Assembly (NCBI RefSeq): GCF_006345805.1
Contig: NW_021834916.1
Span: 1-44,391, forward strand
Direction of reading: 5' to 3'
Source: Octopus sinensis
Lineage: Eukaryota
DNA length: 44,391 nt
Below, in pieces: positions 22,886 through 36,500 of this stretch. Both the position numbers and the translations under genes were made by a program. The notes beneath the pieces were generated by a model that worked only from the letters and a program-made list of their open reading frames with translations, searched no databases and was not told the DNA's origin. The first letter of the stretch is position 1. Every line of letters starts with the position of its first letter.

Positions 22886-24620
22886 GCACTACTGATGCCA
22901 TATTCCTGGTTTGACAACTGCAGGAGAAATACCTAGCTAAAGATAAACCCTTATACTTAACTATTATTGACTTGGAGAAAGCCTTTGACAGGGTTCCCCG
23001 ATCCCTTATCTGGTGGGTGATGCAGAAACTGGAGACTGATGAATGGTTAATAAGGGCTGTACAGACCCTTTACAGAGAGCCATTAGTAAGTTTAGGATTG
23101 GCAATTAGTATAGTGAAGAATTCTGGGTAGAAGTAGGGGTCCACCAAGGTTCAGCCCTCAGTCCCCTTTTATTCATCATAGTCCTCCAAGCAATAACAGA
23201 GGAATTCAAGATGGGTTGCCCCTGGGAGCTCCTCTATGCTGATGACCAGGCCCTCATAGCAGAATCACTACCGGAACTAGAAAAGAAATTTCATGTGTGG
23301 AAGCTAGGTTTAGAATCAAGGCCTTAGAGTCAATGTAGCAAAGACCAAAGTCCTAGTAAGTAGGAAGGCGAACTCATCACACACTCTCAGGTAGGTGGCC
23401 CTGCTCAATCTGTAGAAAAGGTGTAGGTAGAAACTCCATAAGATGTACCCAGTGTAAGCTATGGACACATAAGAGGTGCAGCAACATCAAAGGAAAATTA
23501 ACTGGTAAGATAGCTTTCATGTGCGGCAGATGCACAGGGGCAATAGACACCACAGATACTCAGAAAACAGATTCCATCACACTCCAGCGGGAGAAACTAG
23601 AAGTAGTTGATAGTTTCCACTACCTAGGTGACCAAGTTAGTAGTGGGGGGTGGATGCTCAGAGAGTGTCACCCCTAGAATAAGAATAGTTTAGAAAATGT
23701 CTTCGCCTACTGGTGACAAAGGGTCTCTCGCTCAGAGTGAAAGGTAGATAGTACAACGCATGTGTGCGAACTACCATGCTTCACGGCAGTGAATCATGGG
23801 CCGTGACTGCGGAGGACATGCGTAGGCTCAAAAGAAATGAAGCTAGCATGATCCGCTGGATGTGTAATGTCAGTGTGCACGCACAACAGAGTGTAAGCGC
23901 CCTGAGGGAAATGTTGGACATAAGAAGCATTGGATGTGGCGTGCAGGAGAGACGTTTGCGTTGGTATGGTCATGTACTGTGGGTGGATGAGGAGAGATGT
24001 GTAAAGAAGTGCCACTCCCAAACAGTTGAAGGAATCCGGGGTAGAAGTAGACCCAGGAAGACATGGGATCAGGTGGTCAAGCATGACCTTCGAACGTTGG
24101 GCCTCACAGAGGCAATGACGAAAGACCGAAACCTCTGGAGATATGCTGTGACTGCGAAGACCCAATAAATGAAGTGAGTTCATGGCTTGCAGGACGACCT
24201 GCTGTGCTAACCTTGGATTGTAGGGTGACCTGCTGTGCTTGAGGAAACCTATTGAGTCAAGTACATCATCAACATCAAAATAAAAATCAAATGGAAGTTG
24301 TAGTTGTGATAGCCATGCCAGTGGCACATGAAAATCACCATCCAAATGTGGCTGATACCAGCACCGCCTTGACTGGTGGCACGTAAAAAGCACCAACCAA
24401 TCATGGCCATTGCCAGCCTCCTCTGGCCCCTGTGCCAGTGGCACGTAAAAAGCACCCACTACACTCACGGAGTGGTTGGCGTTAGAAAGGGCATCCAGCT
24501 GTAGAAACACCGCCAGATCAGACTGGAGCCTGGTGCAGTCTCCTGGCTTCCCAGACCCCAGTCGAGCCATCCAACTCATGCTAGCATAGAAAACAGATGT
24601 TAAATGATGATGATGATGAT
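22882..24620 (+). mobile_element. RTE-clade LINE, 5'-truncated, with PHD-like insert and complete 3' UTR
   Basis: DLEKAFDRVP, VGVHQGSALSPLLF, ELLYADD, CSICRKGV...CGRC, RLRWYGHV and RPRKTW motifs; (TGA)n tail; frameshifts and stops. Confidence 0.93.
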
Positions 24621-25829
24621 ATATATAATTTCGGTTTATTCTATTTAGCCTCAGATCCAGGTTATCAGACAGATGATAATCTGAAGATTGTTTGTTATAT
24701 TAAACACCTGCCTGAAAATCCAGAAATATCTGCAGAATTTCTACAATTATAACCAAGGAGGATGGAGTGAGCAAGTCTTTTTATTTCATTGATTTACAGT
24801 TTTTACACTGAAAATTGATCTCATGAGCATTTCTATTATATATATATACAACCATTCATACATGAGGTGTCCTAAACACAGTATCAAAGATCAATTCTTC
24901 AGAATCATGCATAAAGATTATTTGCAGTGGAAACTAACAATAATTCATACCCATATTGAGCTGGGCATGTTTAAATGGTTGCATTTTCATATCACTCGTC
25001 CAACAAAAAACAAATCCTTGTTTGAGTTGACTAATCAAGAAGAATGATAAATTGAAAAGAAAAGAGAAAGAAAGAGAAGTTTTTTTTTTTTATTTTTAGA
25101 CAATAAAATAAATTATAGGCATTTTAACTGTTTCTGTCTTAAAGTACTAGCAGTGAAATTCTTCTGAGAAAACTTCATACTACCTATCATTTAGGCAAGG
25201 GAATGGTAACACAGAATCATATTTTTATCAATGTAAAATCCTTTATCTGCCATTATATAGCAGTCAGCCATAAAAGGGCATCATAGTAGTTAACAGTCTC
25301 AGTCATAGACACACACACACACAGATAAAGATAAGAGATATTTCATTGATATTTAGTAACTAGATCTACTTCTCAACATAAAATTTTTGCCTGCCTCTAT
25401 ATAGTAGTCAACATGCTCAACTCACTATGGATATAAATTATTGTTAACTCTTGTATCCACACAAAATAAATCAATCTTCAATGTTGTGTCTATGACACCT
25501 CATGTATAGATAGTTCATATAACACTGCATAATATAGCAATGATCATGGGATTGATGGTTCGGTGAAACAATTTTAATCAATGAAATAAAAGGACATGCT
25601 ACTCCATTGTCCTTGGTTATATATATGTATGTATATATGTGTGTATGTATGTATGTATATTTGTATGTGTGTTGGTTACATGTCAGGTCACTTATGAGGC
25701 CCTCATAAATGTTACTGGTAACATGGAATCCAACACAACCTGTTGCATGGTTGGGTTGTTGGCAACTAAACTGGCACCAATGAAATATCTCTTATCTTTG
25801 TCTATCTGTGTGTGTGTGTGTCTATGACT

Positions 25830-28800
25830 GAGACTGTTAACTACTATGATGCCAGGCTACACTGGTGAGGAGGGTTGCTAGAAACCCAGCAGGATTTTAA
25901 AAATGACCTAGTGAAAGGTCGGATGAACCTAGTGCAGGCTCAATGGCTATCTAGCAATAGCACATGTATGCAGAAATTCTGGGATGGTGTCCAGTGTGCT
26001 AGAAGAACACTGGGAGTGAGGCATCCCTCAGTTTCTGTTGAAGCATGTCTCTAGGAGAAGGTCACTCTGATATAAAACCAAGTATGCTGGAAATGACATT
26101 GGATGTTTTGGGGATCTTTGTTTTGTCCCAGAGATCATGGTGCTCCCACATTGCTGAATCTGCAACTCATATTGGCACCAGACATCTCATCTGGCTTGTC
26201 TCTGGATAATGTCAGAAGAGTGGAGAGGGTCTATGAGGTGTTGTGCAATCTTTATTGGACCTAAAACTCTGCACAGGTATTACTGAACTCTGCTCAATAT
26301 GTGCTACTTTTTTTTTCTTTCCCTATATGTATTTATTTTATTTTCAGTGTATATGTATCTTTATTGTTAGTATATATTTATTTTATTTTTATTCAGAAGT
26401 CCTGCAGTGATGGGAAGGTGGGCAAAACATGCAGACCTGATGGGTTGGAAGCATGTAGTCTGTAGTCTGCATGTCGGCAGCTCATGCTAGATATAAAGTC
26501 ATCTATTTGCACCCAAGACAGTGATAGGATTCAGTTGCTGCATGGGTGTCTGAGCAGCTCTATATGGAAAGGGCACTGGTCATCCGGAGGTCGGGGAGGT
26601 TCTAGAAAAGGTCAACCAAAAATTACCTGTATTTCTGTATCTGGTCAGTTAAGTGCAACTGATGGATGTCCACCCTACACTCAACAAAACAAAGAGACTT
26701 TTTTTTACAAAATCTGGATGGAACTTGAACATTTCATGGGTGATTGTAGGCCTGAAAGATACACTGCACTTGTTGCTTGCACACTGAACCACTATAACAT
26801 TAATATAGCTGCACTTTCAGAGACTTGTATAGAAGGTGATGGTCAGCTGAAGGAAGGAGGAGGTGGATACACCTTTTTTTGGAAGATAAGGCTGGAGGAA
26901 GAGTGCAGAGGGGCTGGTGTTAGCTTTGCAGTTCGATCTGATATCCTTAAGAAGTTGGAGGACCTTCCTGTTCCTATGAATGAACGTCTAATGACTCTAC
27001 GATTGCAGCTGAAAGGTGGGCAGTTTGCTACTCTAATAAGTGCCTATGCACCTACTTTGACTAGTTGTGATGAAGATAAAACTACTTTTTATACCCAGCT
27101 GAGAGCCATACTTAGGAAAATCCCCAATTCTGATAAAGTCATTCTACTGGGGGATTTCAGTGCCAGGGTTGGAACAGACTGGCAAAGCTGGCACTCTCTA
27201 GGATGTTTTTGTGTAAGGAAAATGAATAGCAAAGGTCTCATGCTGCTGGAGCTTTGCAACAAACATGGACTTTACATTGCAAACACTATTATGGACAAAG
27301 GTAATCACACAACAACATGGATGCATCCAAAGTCTAAAGTTTGGCACTTGCTGAATTATGTCATCATCTGCAAGCATGACGTCTATGCCATTTGTTATGT
27401 CAAATCTTTTCATGGATCAGAATGCTGGACAGACTACAGTCTGGTGTGAGCAAAGTTCTAGATGATGATTAGAGTGAAAGAAAGAAGAGGGCCAGTTGGC
27501 ATTCCTTGCATCTAAATGTCCACAAGATATATGATGCTGTGTTGAGGAAAGCGCTTCAGGCTTGCTTGTCTAGCATTGAAAATAATACAGTATGGGAAGG
27601 TTCTTCAATGTTCTGCTGAAACACTGGAATATGCTACTGCCAGACACAGAGACTAGTTTCATAAGATGCAGAACACTTGGTGGGAGGATCTTGCTCGTGA
27701 TGTTCAGGCTGCAGCTGATGCAAATGACAGCAAGAAGCTTTACTTATGAAGCAAGTTTTTATGGGCCTAAGAGCTCTGCATCAGCTCCTTTGCTTTCCAA
27801 GGGGTCTTTAACTCTACTAAATCGACAGAAATCACAGGTTGCTGGATTAAACACTTCTCTGAACTCCTAAACCATAAGTCAGTTGTGGAAGAAACAGTGA
27901 TTGATACTATGCAACAAAAACCTATCATTGGCTCCTTAAATTCCACTCCCTCAATAGATGAGGTAATGACAGCAATAAGTAAATTGAATCTTCATAGGGC
28001 ACCTGGAAGGGATGGAATTTGTGCTGAGGTCTTGTGATTTGCTGATGATTACATCATACAGTCCCTTCATGAACTTATTAGTGAAGTCTGGAGGGATGGT
28101 GCAATGCCTGAGGACTTGAAAGATGCAATTATTCTTCCTCTCTATAAAGGAAAAGGAGTCAGAATAATGTGTAGTAACCTGAATGGATGTCTCATAAATG
28201 ATGTTCTATCTTAATCTCAATATGGCTTCTGATCTGGTAGAGAGACTATGGATATGATTTTCACAGCAAGACAGATGCAGGAGAAGTGATATGAACAGGT
28301 ATTCATTGATTTAACCAAGGCCTTTGATACTGTGAATAGGGCCTTGCCATGGAAAATACTTGGCAAACTAGGATGTCTGGATCACTTTGTATCTATAATT
28401 AAATCATTCCATGATGGGATAGAAACTTGGGTTAATGTTGATGGTGGCATGGCGGCACCCATTCCTGTAGAGAATGGTGTCAAGCATGATGACATCCTTG
28501 CCCCAACTCTTTTTTCTTTGTACTTTGCTGCTGCTTTTTGATATGTACCACATTATGACGATATATTTCGTTGTCTGCGTGACTGGCCCAAACAGCATAC
28601 CTTGCTGACTGATACTGTTTATCAGTGTCAGTTCACTATTTATCAGTTGTGGAACAGCCCACTTCTCACTTATGGGTGTCCGCCACAACCACCCCACTTT
28701 GAAATTTTTTTTGTCTTCTTTCAGCACAACATTATTATCTGGTTTTTTTTCATTTCTTTTTCTTCTAACCAGAATCATTTTCTCGTCTTATTAAAATTTT

Positions 28801-29460
28801 TTCTTGTTCCACACAATTTTTTTTAGTACCAGTCTACATTGTTTACTGGTAGCGCTACTACTTATAGCGACCTGACTTAAATCCTTCATATGGACTTATT
28901 ATCATTATTCATTTTTTGTTTCACACAAAACCATATTTTTTCTCCAAAATGCTGCAGGTAGTACCAGACTACATTGCTTACTGGTAGCGCTACTACATAT
29001 AGCAACCTGACTTAAATCCTTTGCACAGTCTTATTTTTCAGTGTGTAGTTCAATTCTGTGTTAGAGTTCCAGTTTTATCAGAATTTTTTTTTCTTCAGAA
29101 TCTTTTTTTATATATTTTTCACTGAGTGTATGTAACATTTTTCCTCTGCGTGAGCTCCAGTTCCTCATTGCCACTGATATGTCCCACATTATGACAGTGT
29201 ATTTCGTCATCTATGTGACTTGCCTGAACAGTGTACAACGCTGACTGACACTGCTTACTGTGTCTGTCCATTATTTATCAGTAGTAGAACAGCCCACTTC
29301 TCACTTGGGAGTGTCCACTACAATACTTTTGCTAAGGTTAGCTGGCTGCCTCTTTAATCTGCTCTGATTTGCTGCCAATTCAAATGTTTTCCAGTCTCTT
29401 ATTCATGACCTCCTTTATGCAGATGACTGTAACTTAGTAACTCATACAATGGATGACAGC
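25830..29460 (+). mobile_element. RTE/BovB-like LINE, decayed, 3'-truncated, interrupted by a miniature LTR element
   Basis: AP endonuclease motifs IAALSET, GYTFFW, ISAYAPT, LLGDFSARVG, TWMHPKSK and CWTDY; RT motifs FIDLTKAFDTVNR, NGVK...LAPTLFSLYF, and LLYADDC after the insertion. The 5' boundary is approximate. Confidence 0.88.
28539..29325 (-). mobile_element. Miniature non-coding LTR element (TRIM-like, Mag/Gypsy-type signals)
   Basis: Direct repeats 28539-28690 and 29175-29325; 5-bp TSD CTTTT (28534-28538, 29326-29330). On the minus strand the LTR ends in CA, followed by PBS-like TGGCAATGAGGA; purine-rich aaagtggggt precedes the 3' LTR. Confidence 0.78.
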
Positions 29461-29663
29461 ACCAATACGCTAGAAGTAGATGTCAAATTTTTACAGTGTC
29501 TAGCATATTAGCATTGTCCCTCCAGCATCCTCAATTATAACTATATGCTTAAATATTAATTTTACCGATATGGTAGTTTTTATATCATGGCCACTGATAT
29601 AATCATTTTAATTAATATATCCTCAATTTATACATATATATATGTGTGTGTGTGTGTGTATAC

Positions 29664-29718
<55 letters not shown>

Positions 29719-29728
29719 ATATATATAT

Positions 29729-29970
29729 TGGCGTTAGGAAGGGCATCCAGCTGTAGAAACACTGCCAGATCTGACTGGACTGGTGCAGCTTTCGGGCTCC
29801 CCAGACCCCAGTTGAACCGTCCAACCCATGCTAGCATGGAAAGCGGACGTTAAATGATGATGATGATGATATATATATATATTTATCAGCCCTCCGGCTT
29901 ACCAGTTCCAGTCAAACTGTCTAGCCTATACCAGCATGGAAAGTGGATGTTAAAAATGATGATGATGATG
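29729..29970 (+). mobile_element. Two adjacent RTE-family 3' end fragments with (TGA)n tails
   Basis: ggcgttaggaagggcatccagctgtagaaac...ccatgctagcatggaaagcggacgttaaatgatg, plus a second shorter copy at ~29887-29970. Confidence 0.85.
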
Positions 29971-29989
29971 ATATATATGTGTGTGTATA

Positions 29990-30034
<45 letters not shown>

Positions 30035-30037
30035 CAT

Positions 30038-30082
<45 letters not shown>

Positions 30083-30356
30083 GCTACCTGAACCTATGCA
30101 CAATGGGATTGAACTGAGGGTTACATGATTTTGAATCAAACTTCATAATCACTCGGCCATAACTTATTTTCCCAACCAACCCCACTGGAATTCTGCCCCT
30201 TAACTCAATCTTTATTGATTTAATGTTTTAATTAGATTATAAATTATTGCTATTAGGCTTGAATAATAGAAAAATTTCATAATTAACTCCATCTTGCTAC
30301 CAAAAAGGTTTTTTTCCATTACTCTTGTTACTTTCATTATCTTCTCTATGTTCCAG

Positions 30357-30725
30357 GCAATAGTTGAATCCCTTGCAAAGGACTACATGCCAAAGAAAGT
30401 TGATAAGAAGAAAAGTATTGGTAGTGGTGTAAGTTCTTGGTTCAAATGGGGTCGTGGAACTACTGTACCAATCACATCACCTCCTCCACCACCACCACCA
30501 CCACTACTACAGATACCGACTGGTGTTTCCACAGCTGGAACTGATTTCATCTCAACCCACAGTACTTACGTGACTGCAGCAATGACCAGCAGCACCACCA
30601 CTACCACCTCTTCAGTAGCAACTAAAAGTTCGCTGTTGAATACTCCTCTACAATCCACATCGCCAATTCCATCTCCGCCATCATCCATCAAGATGACAAA
30701 TTCTGAAGAAGATCTGCAAGAGAAG
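30357..30725 (+). CDS. LPIN: Lipin internal coding exon (end of middle domain, Trp-rich motif, Pro/Ser/Thr-rich linker)
   Basis: cttctctatgttccAG|GCA acceptor, phase 0, matching the previous exon; AAG|GTAATA donor; 369 nt. AIVESLAKDYMPKK...SSWFKWGRG (lipin-1 recalled as [24 protein letters not shown]). Confidence 0.9.
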
Positions 30726-31029
30726 GTAATATTTAAAAAATATCTTTTAGTTGAGGAACAACAGATACTGCACTATTGACATTGAGATTTTTACCTGCTC
30801 CACTTCTTGTGGGCGTGACATCTCTTCAATAAGCATGCTGATGTGTATACTGATAGTATAGTATTATTCCATAAAAGTTTTGGAATATTAGTAAGATAAA
30901 GTGAAAGTTCATTAAAGATACAATACATGTCAGATCTTGTACAATGACATTTGATACTGGAAAACAAAAATCAGATGCAATCAGATTCTAACTACTGTTC
31001 ATCTTGTTGGATAATTCTGGATATACAGG

Positions 31030-31228
31030 ACTTTATTGTCTGACAAAATGCTTAGTGGCATTTTGTCTGTCTTTAAGTTTTGAGTTCAAATTCTGCCAGG
31101 GTCATCTTTGCATTTCATCCTTGTGAGAGGATGTCGATGAAATATGTACCAGTTGTGCATTGGAGTTGGTATAATTGACTAGCCCTCTTTGCAGAAATTT
31201 CTGACCTTGTACCTATAGTAGAAAGGAT
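31030..31228 (+). mobile_element. Diverged SINE ending in (TTA)n
   Basis: B box-like GAGTTCAAATTC; tail ccttgtacctatagtagaaaggatt runs into ATT repeats. A related remnant is near 20710-20810. Confidence 0.6.
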
Positions 31229-31245
31229 TATTATTATTATTATTA

Positions 31246-31276
<31 letters not shown>

Positions 31277-31316
31277 CATTATTATTATTATTATTATTAT
31301 TATCATTATTATTATT

Positions 31317-31833
31317 GAGTGAGAGAGCAGTCCATGCCATCAAAGTAACACTGGGGTAAAATATACAAAGCCCAGTATACCCATCATGACCACCAGGTAC
31401 ATGCATCACAACCAAATGTGCACAACATGGTGATCTCATATCAAGATAAACAGCACATGACCTTGCAGGTGGGGCCCAGTTAGAATTTTCTTCTGGTCAA
31501 GTAGCCAATCCCGCTCAAAAAGTTCCTGAATAAGGATTGTTTAAGGATGTTGAACGAACCACCCATGTTTCCAAAGGTGAATTATCCAAACCTCTAAGAA
31601 TTCCTTTCAACACATGGCTATGATGCACCCCCAGTACTTCTGCTCGTGATCAGACATGCACATATCATCAGCCACTAAAGGACATACTCAACTGACAAGC
31701 AAATCTGTGGTATTAAGCAGAATATTTACTGTAGCCCATCTTTTACACCGAGACAAATCAATGTACATGATAACACTTCCAATCAGTCTAGATCAGCAGC
31801 CATGAGAGCCATTGCCTGGTACTGCATCAGGGC

Positions 31834-31835
<2 letters not shown>
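31317..31835 (-). mobile_element. Non-coding interspersed element inserted in (TAA)n, possibly mobilised by Dong/R4
   Basis: Sharp-edged, more GC-rich ~520-bp block flanked by TTA arrays (31228-31316 and 31836-31866); resembles a recalled common octopus repeat. Strand is inferred. Confidence 0.5.
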
Positions 31836-31866
<31 letters not shown>

Positions 31867-31867
<1 letters not shown>

Positions 31868-32060
31868 GATGTTGCTCAGTATACAATATCATCAGGTTGT
31901 TGATTGAAGATATTGTGTGTACTGGTGGTTTATACTGTCTGTCAAGTCACAACAAGGACCTCAGACAGATAGTACTTTACACAATATGCTTGCAGTTCCA
32001 AGTAATGCCGACTTTTGCAATACATCTAGATTCTTGGGTATTTCTAAGGTATTCAGATGT
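31867..32060 (-). mobile_element. R4/Dong-like 3' end fragment
   Basis: LDVLQKSALLGTASILCKVLSV* parallels LVQLQKAMLLGTERILGRVLGV* at the end of 15483-16518; abuts (TAA)n. Confidence 0.72.
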
Positions 32061-32132
32061 TGGAAAGCAAACTTCTTAAACTCTAATCTACACCCACACA
32101 CACCTATATAAACATAACAATATATGTGTATA

Positions 32133-32460
32133 TCATCATCATTGTTTAACATCCTCCTTCCATACTGGCATGGATTGGACAGTATGGCAGGAGCCTGCGC
32201 CATTCTTCTGTGTCTGTCTTGGCATGGATTTATGGCTGGATGCTCTTCCTAACACCAACCATTCCGCAGAGTAGAGAGTGCTTTTTATGTGGCACTTGTA
32301 CAGGTGAGGTCAATTATGGCATGGTTTTTACAGCTGGATGCCTTTCCAAATGCCAACCACTTCACAGTGTGGACTGGGTGCTTCTTAAGTGGCACCTGCA
32401 TTGGCAGGGTCACCAAATAACTTTTCAAGAGAAGGAGGGAGAGAGAGAGAGTGATCAAGA
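32133..32460 (-). mobile_element. RTE-family 3' UTR fragment
   Basis: tcatcatcattgtttaacatcc..ttccatactggcatgg and two ggctggatgc modules, similar to 16565-16870. Confidence 0.75.
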
Positions 32461-32579
32461 CTGAGGGCAGAAACAGGTTTGTTGCTGTTGAGAAGATACA
32501 TGATTACTCAGCTAGAGGGAAGAACAAAAGAGAGAGAGAGAGTAGGAGACAACAAGAGCTTACATATATATATATATAT

Positions 32580-33347
32580 GACTGCGCTGGTATGGCCATG
32601 TGGCGAGAATGGATGAGGATAGCTGTGTGAAAATGTGCCACACCCTAGCAGTTGAGGGAACCTGTGGAAGAGGTAGACCCAGGAAGACCTGGGATGAGGT
32701 GGTGAAGCACGACCTTTGAACATTAAGCCTCCCCGAGGCAATATCTAGTTATCAGGACCTTTGGAAATATGCTGTGCTTGAGAAGACCCGGCAAGCCAAG
32801 TGAGACCATAACCTCGTGGCCTATGCCAGGGGTATAAACAGCCCACTTATGCGTTCCTTTCCTTCATTGGACACTAAACTCTACTTGCGAAGACCTGTTG
32901 AGGCAAGTGAAATCGAAATCAAAATCAAATTCAATGACTGGCTTCCGAGCATGATCGTTGCCAGAGCAGCAAACTGGCTTCTGTGCCGGTGGCACATAAA
33001 AAGAACCATTCAAGTGTGGTCGTTACCAGCGTCGCCTTACTGGCACTTGTGCTGGTGGCTCATGAAAATCATTCGAGCGAGGTCTTTGCCAGTGCCGCGG
33101 GACTGGCTCCTGTGCAGGTGGCACATGCAAAACACCATTTGAGTGTGGCTGCTGCCAATACCACCTGACTGGCCCTCATGCCGGTGGCACATAAAACCAC
33201 CCACTACACTCTCGGAGTGGTTCACATTAGGAAGGGCATCCAGCTGTAGAAACTCTGCTCGATCAGATTGGAGCCTGGTGCAGTCATCTGGTTCACCAGT
33301 CCTGTCAAATCATCCAACACATGCTAGCATGGAAAGCGGACGTTAAA
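32580..33347 (+). mobile_element. RTE-clade LINE 3' fragment
   Basis: LRWYGHVARMDEDSCVK...GRPRKTWDEVVKHDL, followed by the family 3' UTR. Confidence 0.88.
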
Positions 33348-33539
33348 CAGAATGAAGGTGCACAGAAAACTGTGTTGTGTTGCATATGTAATTATACATA
33401 TTCTGTGCAGCAGAAACACATGTTAGTCATTCTATATCCTAGTATTGGATAAAGAATTTAACAAAGCACTGCAATTACTGCCAATGACTCACAGCGAACT
33501 ACTTCGTCTGGACTGCTAACAGTTCTTTATCTTATAGCA

Positions 33540-36500
33540 ATGTGTCAGTCCACTTTTAGTCGCATAAGGTCAGTTTTGGCATAATTTTTCTCCTTTGGAG
33601 AATGAAACTCCGCTCAGAGTTTCAATATCTCTTGGCTGTTGGTACCTCAAATGTATCGTGCAATACTTCCATGGGGATTTCATTTCTTGTGACTGTTTTT
33701 CTGTGAATCATTTTTTTAAAGTTGGTTAATATGTCTTTTATGTTCGACATTTTTTTCCTTTTACTAGGAATAACATTCTTCTAATTTGTTTTATAATTAC
33801 ACTGTCCTCCCAGCTGTCACCTAACTTGAAGAATTTTGAAGTATATTTGTTGTTCACCTTTTTTCTATTTTCACTCAGTATTAGCTTATCAAAGACCGAT
33901 CTGATCTTTCTAGCAAACATCAATTCTGCGGGTGACATTCCAGATGGGATATTTGGATCATGTGTTACTCTTAGGAATTGTTTGCCTTTGAACCACTTTG
34001 AAAAACTGTCCACCACAAAAAGGTAATATGAATCCTCAAGTTGACCTGCATAATCAACATGCAGTCTAGACCATGGAATGTCTATTTTTGGCCGCAGTTG
34101 CCATTTAGAGGTTGGTGCTTTTGCAAGTAGGGCACAGCCTCTGCGTGTTTTCACTAGTTCTTCAATGTCATGGTCCATTGTTGGCCAATATACATAACTT
34201 TTCATTAACGATTTCATTCTCGAAACGTGAAATTCCTTTCTGTAGTATGGCTGGCACTACAAGTCTTTGTGCATACATCAACACATTGGTGTTTGATTTG
34301 TGCTGCATTGAAAAGACATGTTTGTCTCTTTTATCCTTCAGTATTTCTTGAATTCTTTTCATGAATTTATCATTTTCCGATTTTTATTTTATGTCTTGTA
34401 ATGTGACTGGCAGTTCACATATGACGTTACACAAAAAATTTTTAATTTCATTTTCTGCTCACAATACAACAATCATGGTATCTTCAAATGGTTCAGCATT
34501 TTTTGATAAACAATATGCATGTCCTAATTTCTTAAATGATATATACTCCATCTTAAAATCATAGTTTAATAATATTGTACCCCAGCATTGCAACCTATTA
34601 GCAGTATGGGTAGCGATTCCTTTCTTCAACCCATATATAGATAATGATGGGCAACAATTAGTCTGTAGTCAAAAACTTCTACCATGTAAAAATCTATGAA
34701 ATTTTTTTACAGCAAAAATAATTTCTCTTTTTCAATTTGGTTGTGATTTTTTTCTGCTGGTATCAGAGAGCGTGAGGCATGAACCACCACCTTCACGTTA
34801 CCATCTTTATATTTATGTAGCATTACTGGTCCGATACTCAGACACATCTGAAGCTACAGCAATCTCCACCACTGAATCAAAGTGTGCTAATGACAAATCA
34901 GATGTTAATATTTTTAAAATTTTGTTGAATACCTTCTGATAATTTTCAGGCCAATTCCATTTTACTAGTCCCCAAAAAGCTTGTAAGGTTGCTATATTTA
35001 TTGGCGGGGTCATATTTTCAATTGCATCTGCCCTCAATAGAGCTAGTCAACGTCCATTTCTGTCAATGATTTGTCCTTAATATTTTATTTGTGGTAAAAA
35101 AAATTCACACTTTTCTTCACTCAAAGTAAAGCCATACTCCATAATTTTTTCAAACATATTTTACATGCTTTACATGCTTTTTTTCAAACATATTTTACAC
35201 GTGTTGGTCCTGGAATTCGTTTTTAATAAGTATATCATCCAGATATGGAATTCCAAATTTCACAGTCTGCTAACATTACATCCATAATCTGTTGAAAAAT
35301 CACCAGTGCAACTTTTAAGCCAAATGGTAACCTGTTGTATTTATACAGTCCTTTATGTGTGTTAATTGTTAGGTGTTTAGAGTCTTCATGGTCTACTCTA
35401 ATTTGTAGGTACATGTCAGGGAGATCCAATTTAGAAAATATTTTGCCACCATTTAATTTCACAAATATGTCCTACAGAGTAGGTAATGGATAGTGGAACG
35501 TTTTAAGACATTCATTTAAACCAGTGGAAAAATCAACACACTCTGATTTTATTCTTCTTCTTCTTAATGTATGCAATTTTTCCTAGTCTCTCTAACTCTA
35601 AGTTAGCTGTTCTAATGCTGTGAAAAGTACTGTTTATTTTGTTTTAAATATAGGTATAGCATTTTCTTTTACTTGAAACTTCGCCTTTGTTTTGGTGCAC
35701 AGACCTAATTCATCAGACAGAACTTCAGGAAAGATCTTTTTTAATTTCTTTTTAATTCATCTGACAACTCACATTTTTATAGAAGAGATTTATGGGGAGG
35801 TCCAATAAGTTAAATAGTTCCATCCAGTCAGTTCTGAAAAAATTTGTTGTATCATTCAACACAAAAACTTTGGCTTCTAAGATTTTTCCACGAAATGTAA
35901 CATCACTTAACATTTCACCCTTAAAATGTAATTTTTTTCCTGAAACACCACATGCAATTTTTGAAGTTTCTTTTAGACCTAGGTCTCCTGATTTATTCCA
36001 TGTAGCTGTGTTAATTATCAAGATATCACTGCCCATATCCATTTGTAACTTTACATTTGTGTTATCAATTTTTACATACACAAATTTCCTTCGAGGCTCG
36101 TTCATAGTTTTTGTCACTGATAACTTGTTTATGTGATTTCTTCTATTGAAGTGGGGTTTTTTTAAGTTTTGTTTTGCAGTTTGATTTTTTTATGACCTAT
36201 CTTACCATGCTTGAAGTATTTTATATTTTTAAATGGACAATTACTTTTGAAATGTAGATCACTACACCCATAACATGGATTCAGTTTTGACATATTTTTC
36301 TCTTTTTTTCATATCCATTACTGATCAACACGCATGAATATGAGAGCAATCTTTTTCTTCAGTTTCATTTGCATCATGTCTTAGATTTATAATCCTCTGG
36401 CATTCTTCTTCTACTGCCTTTAGAGTTAATTTTTGGTCTTGTTCTAATTTTGTTAATATCTGGAAACATATATCTGCATCTTTGCTTGCAGTTAGCCCTT

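Noticed and set aside
23794-24579. 261-aa minus-strand ORF and similar ORFs at 39751-40613 and 41828-42937
   Set aside because: Antisense or alternative frames of LINE sequence.
33350-33540. Possible Gypsy 3' LTR
   Set aside because: No second copy, polypurine tract or clear TG..CA ends visible.
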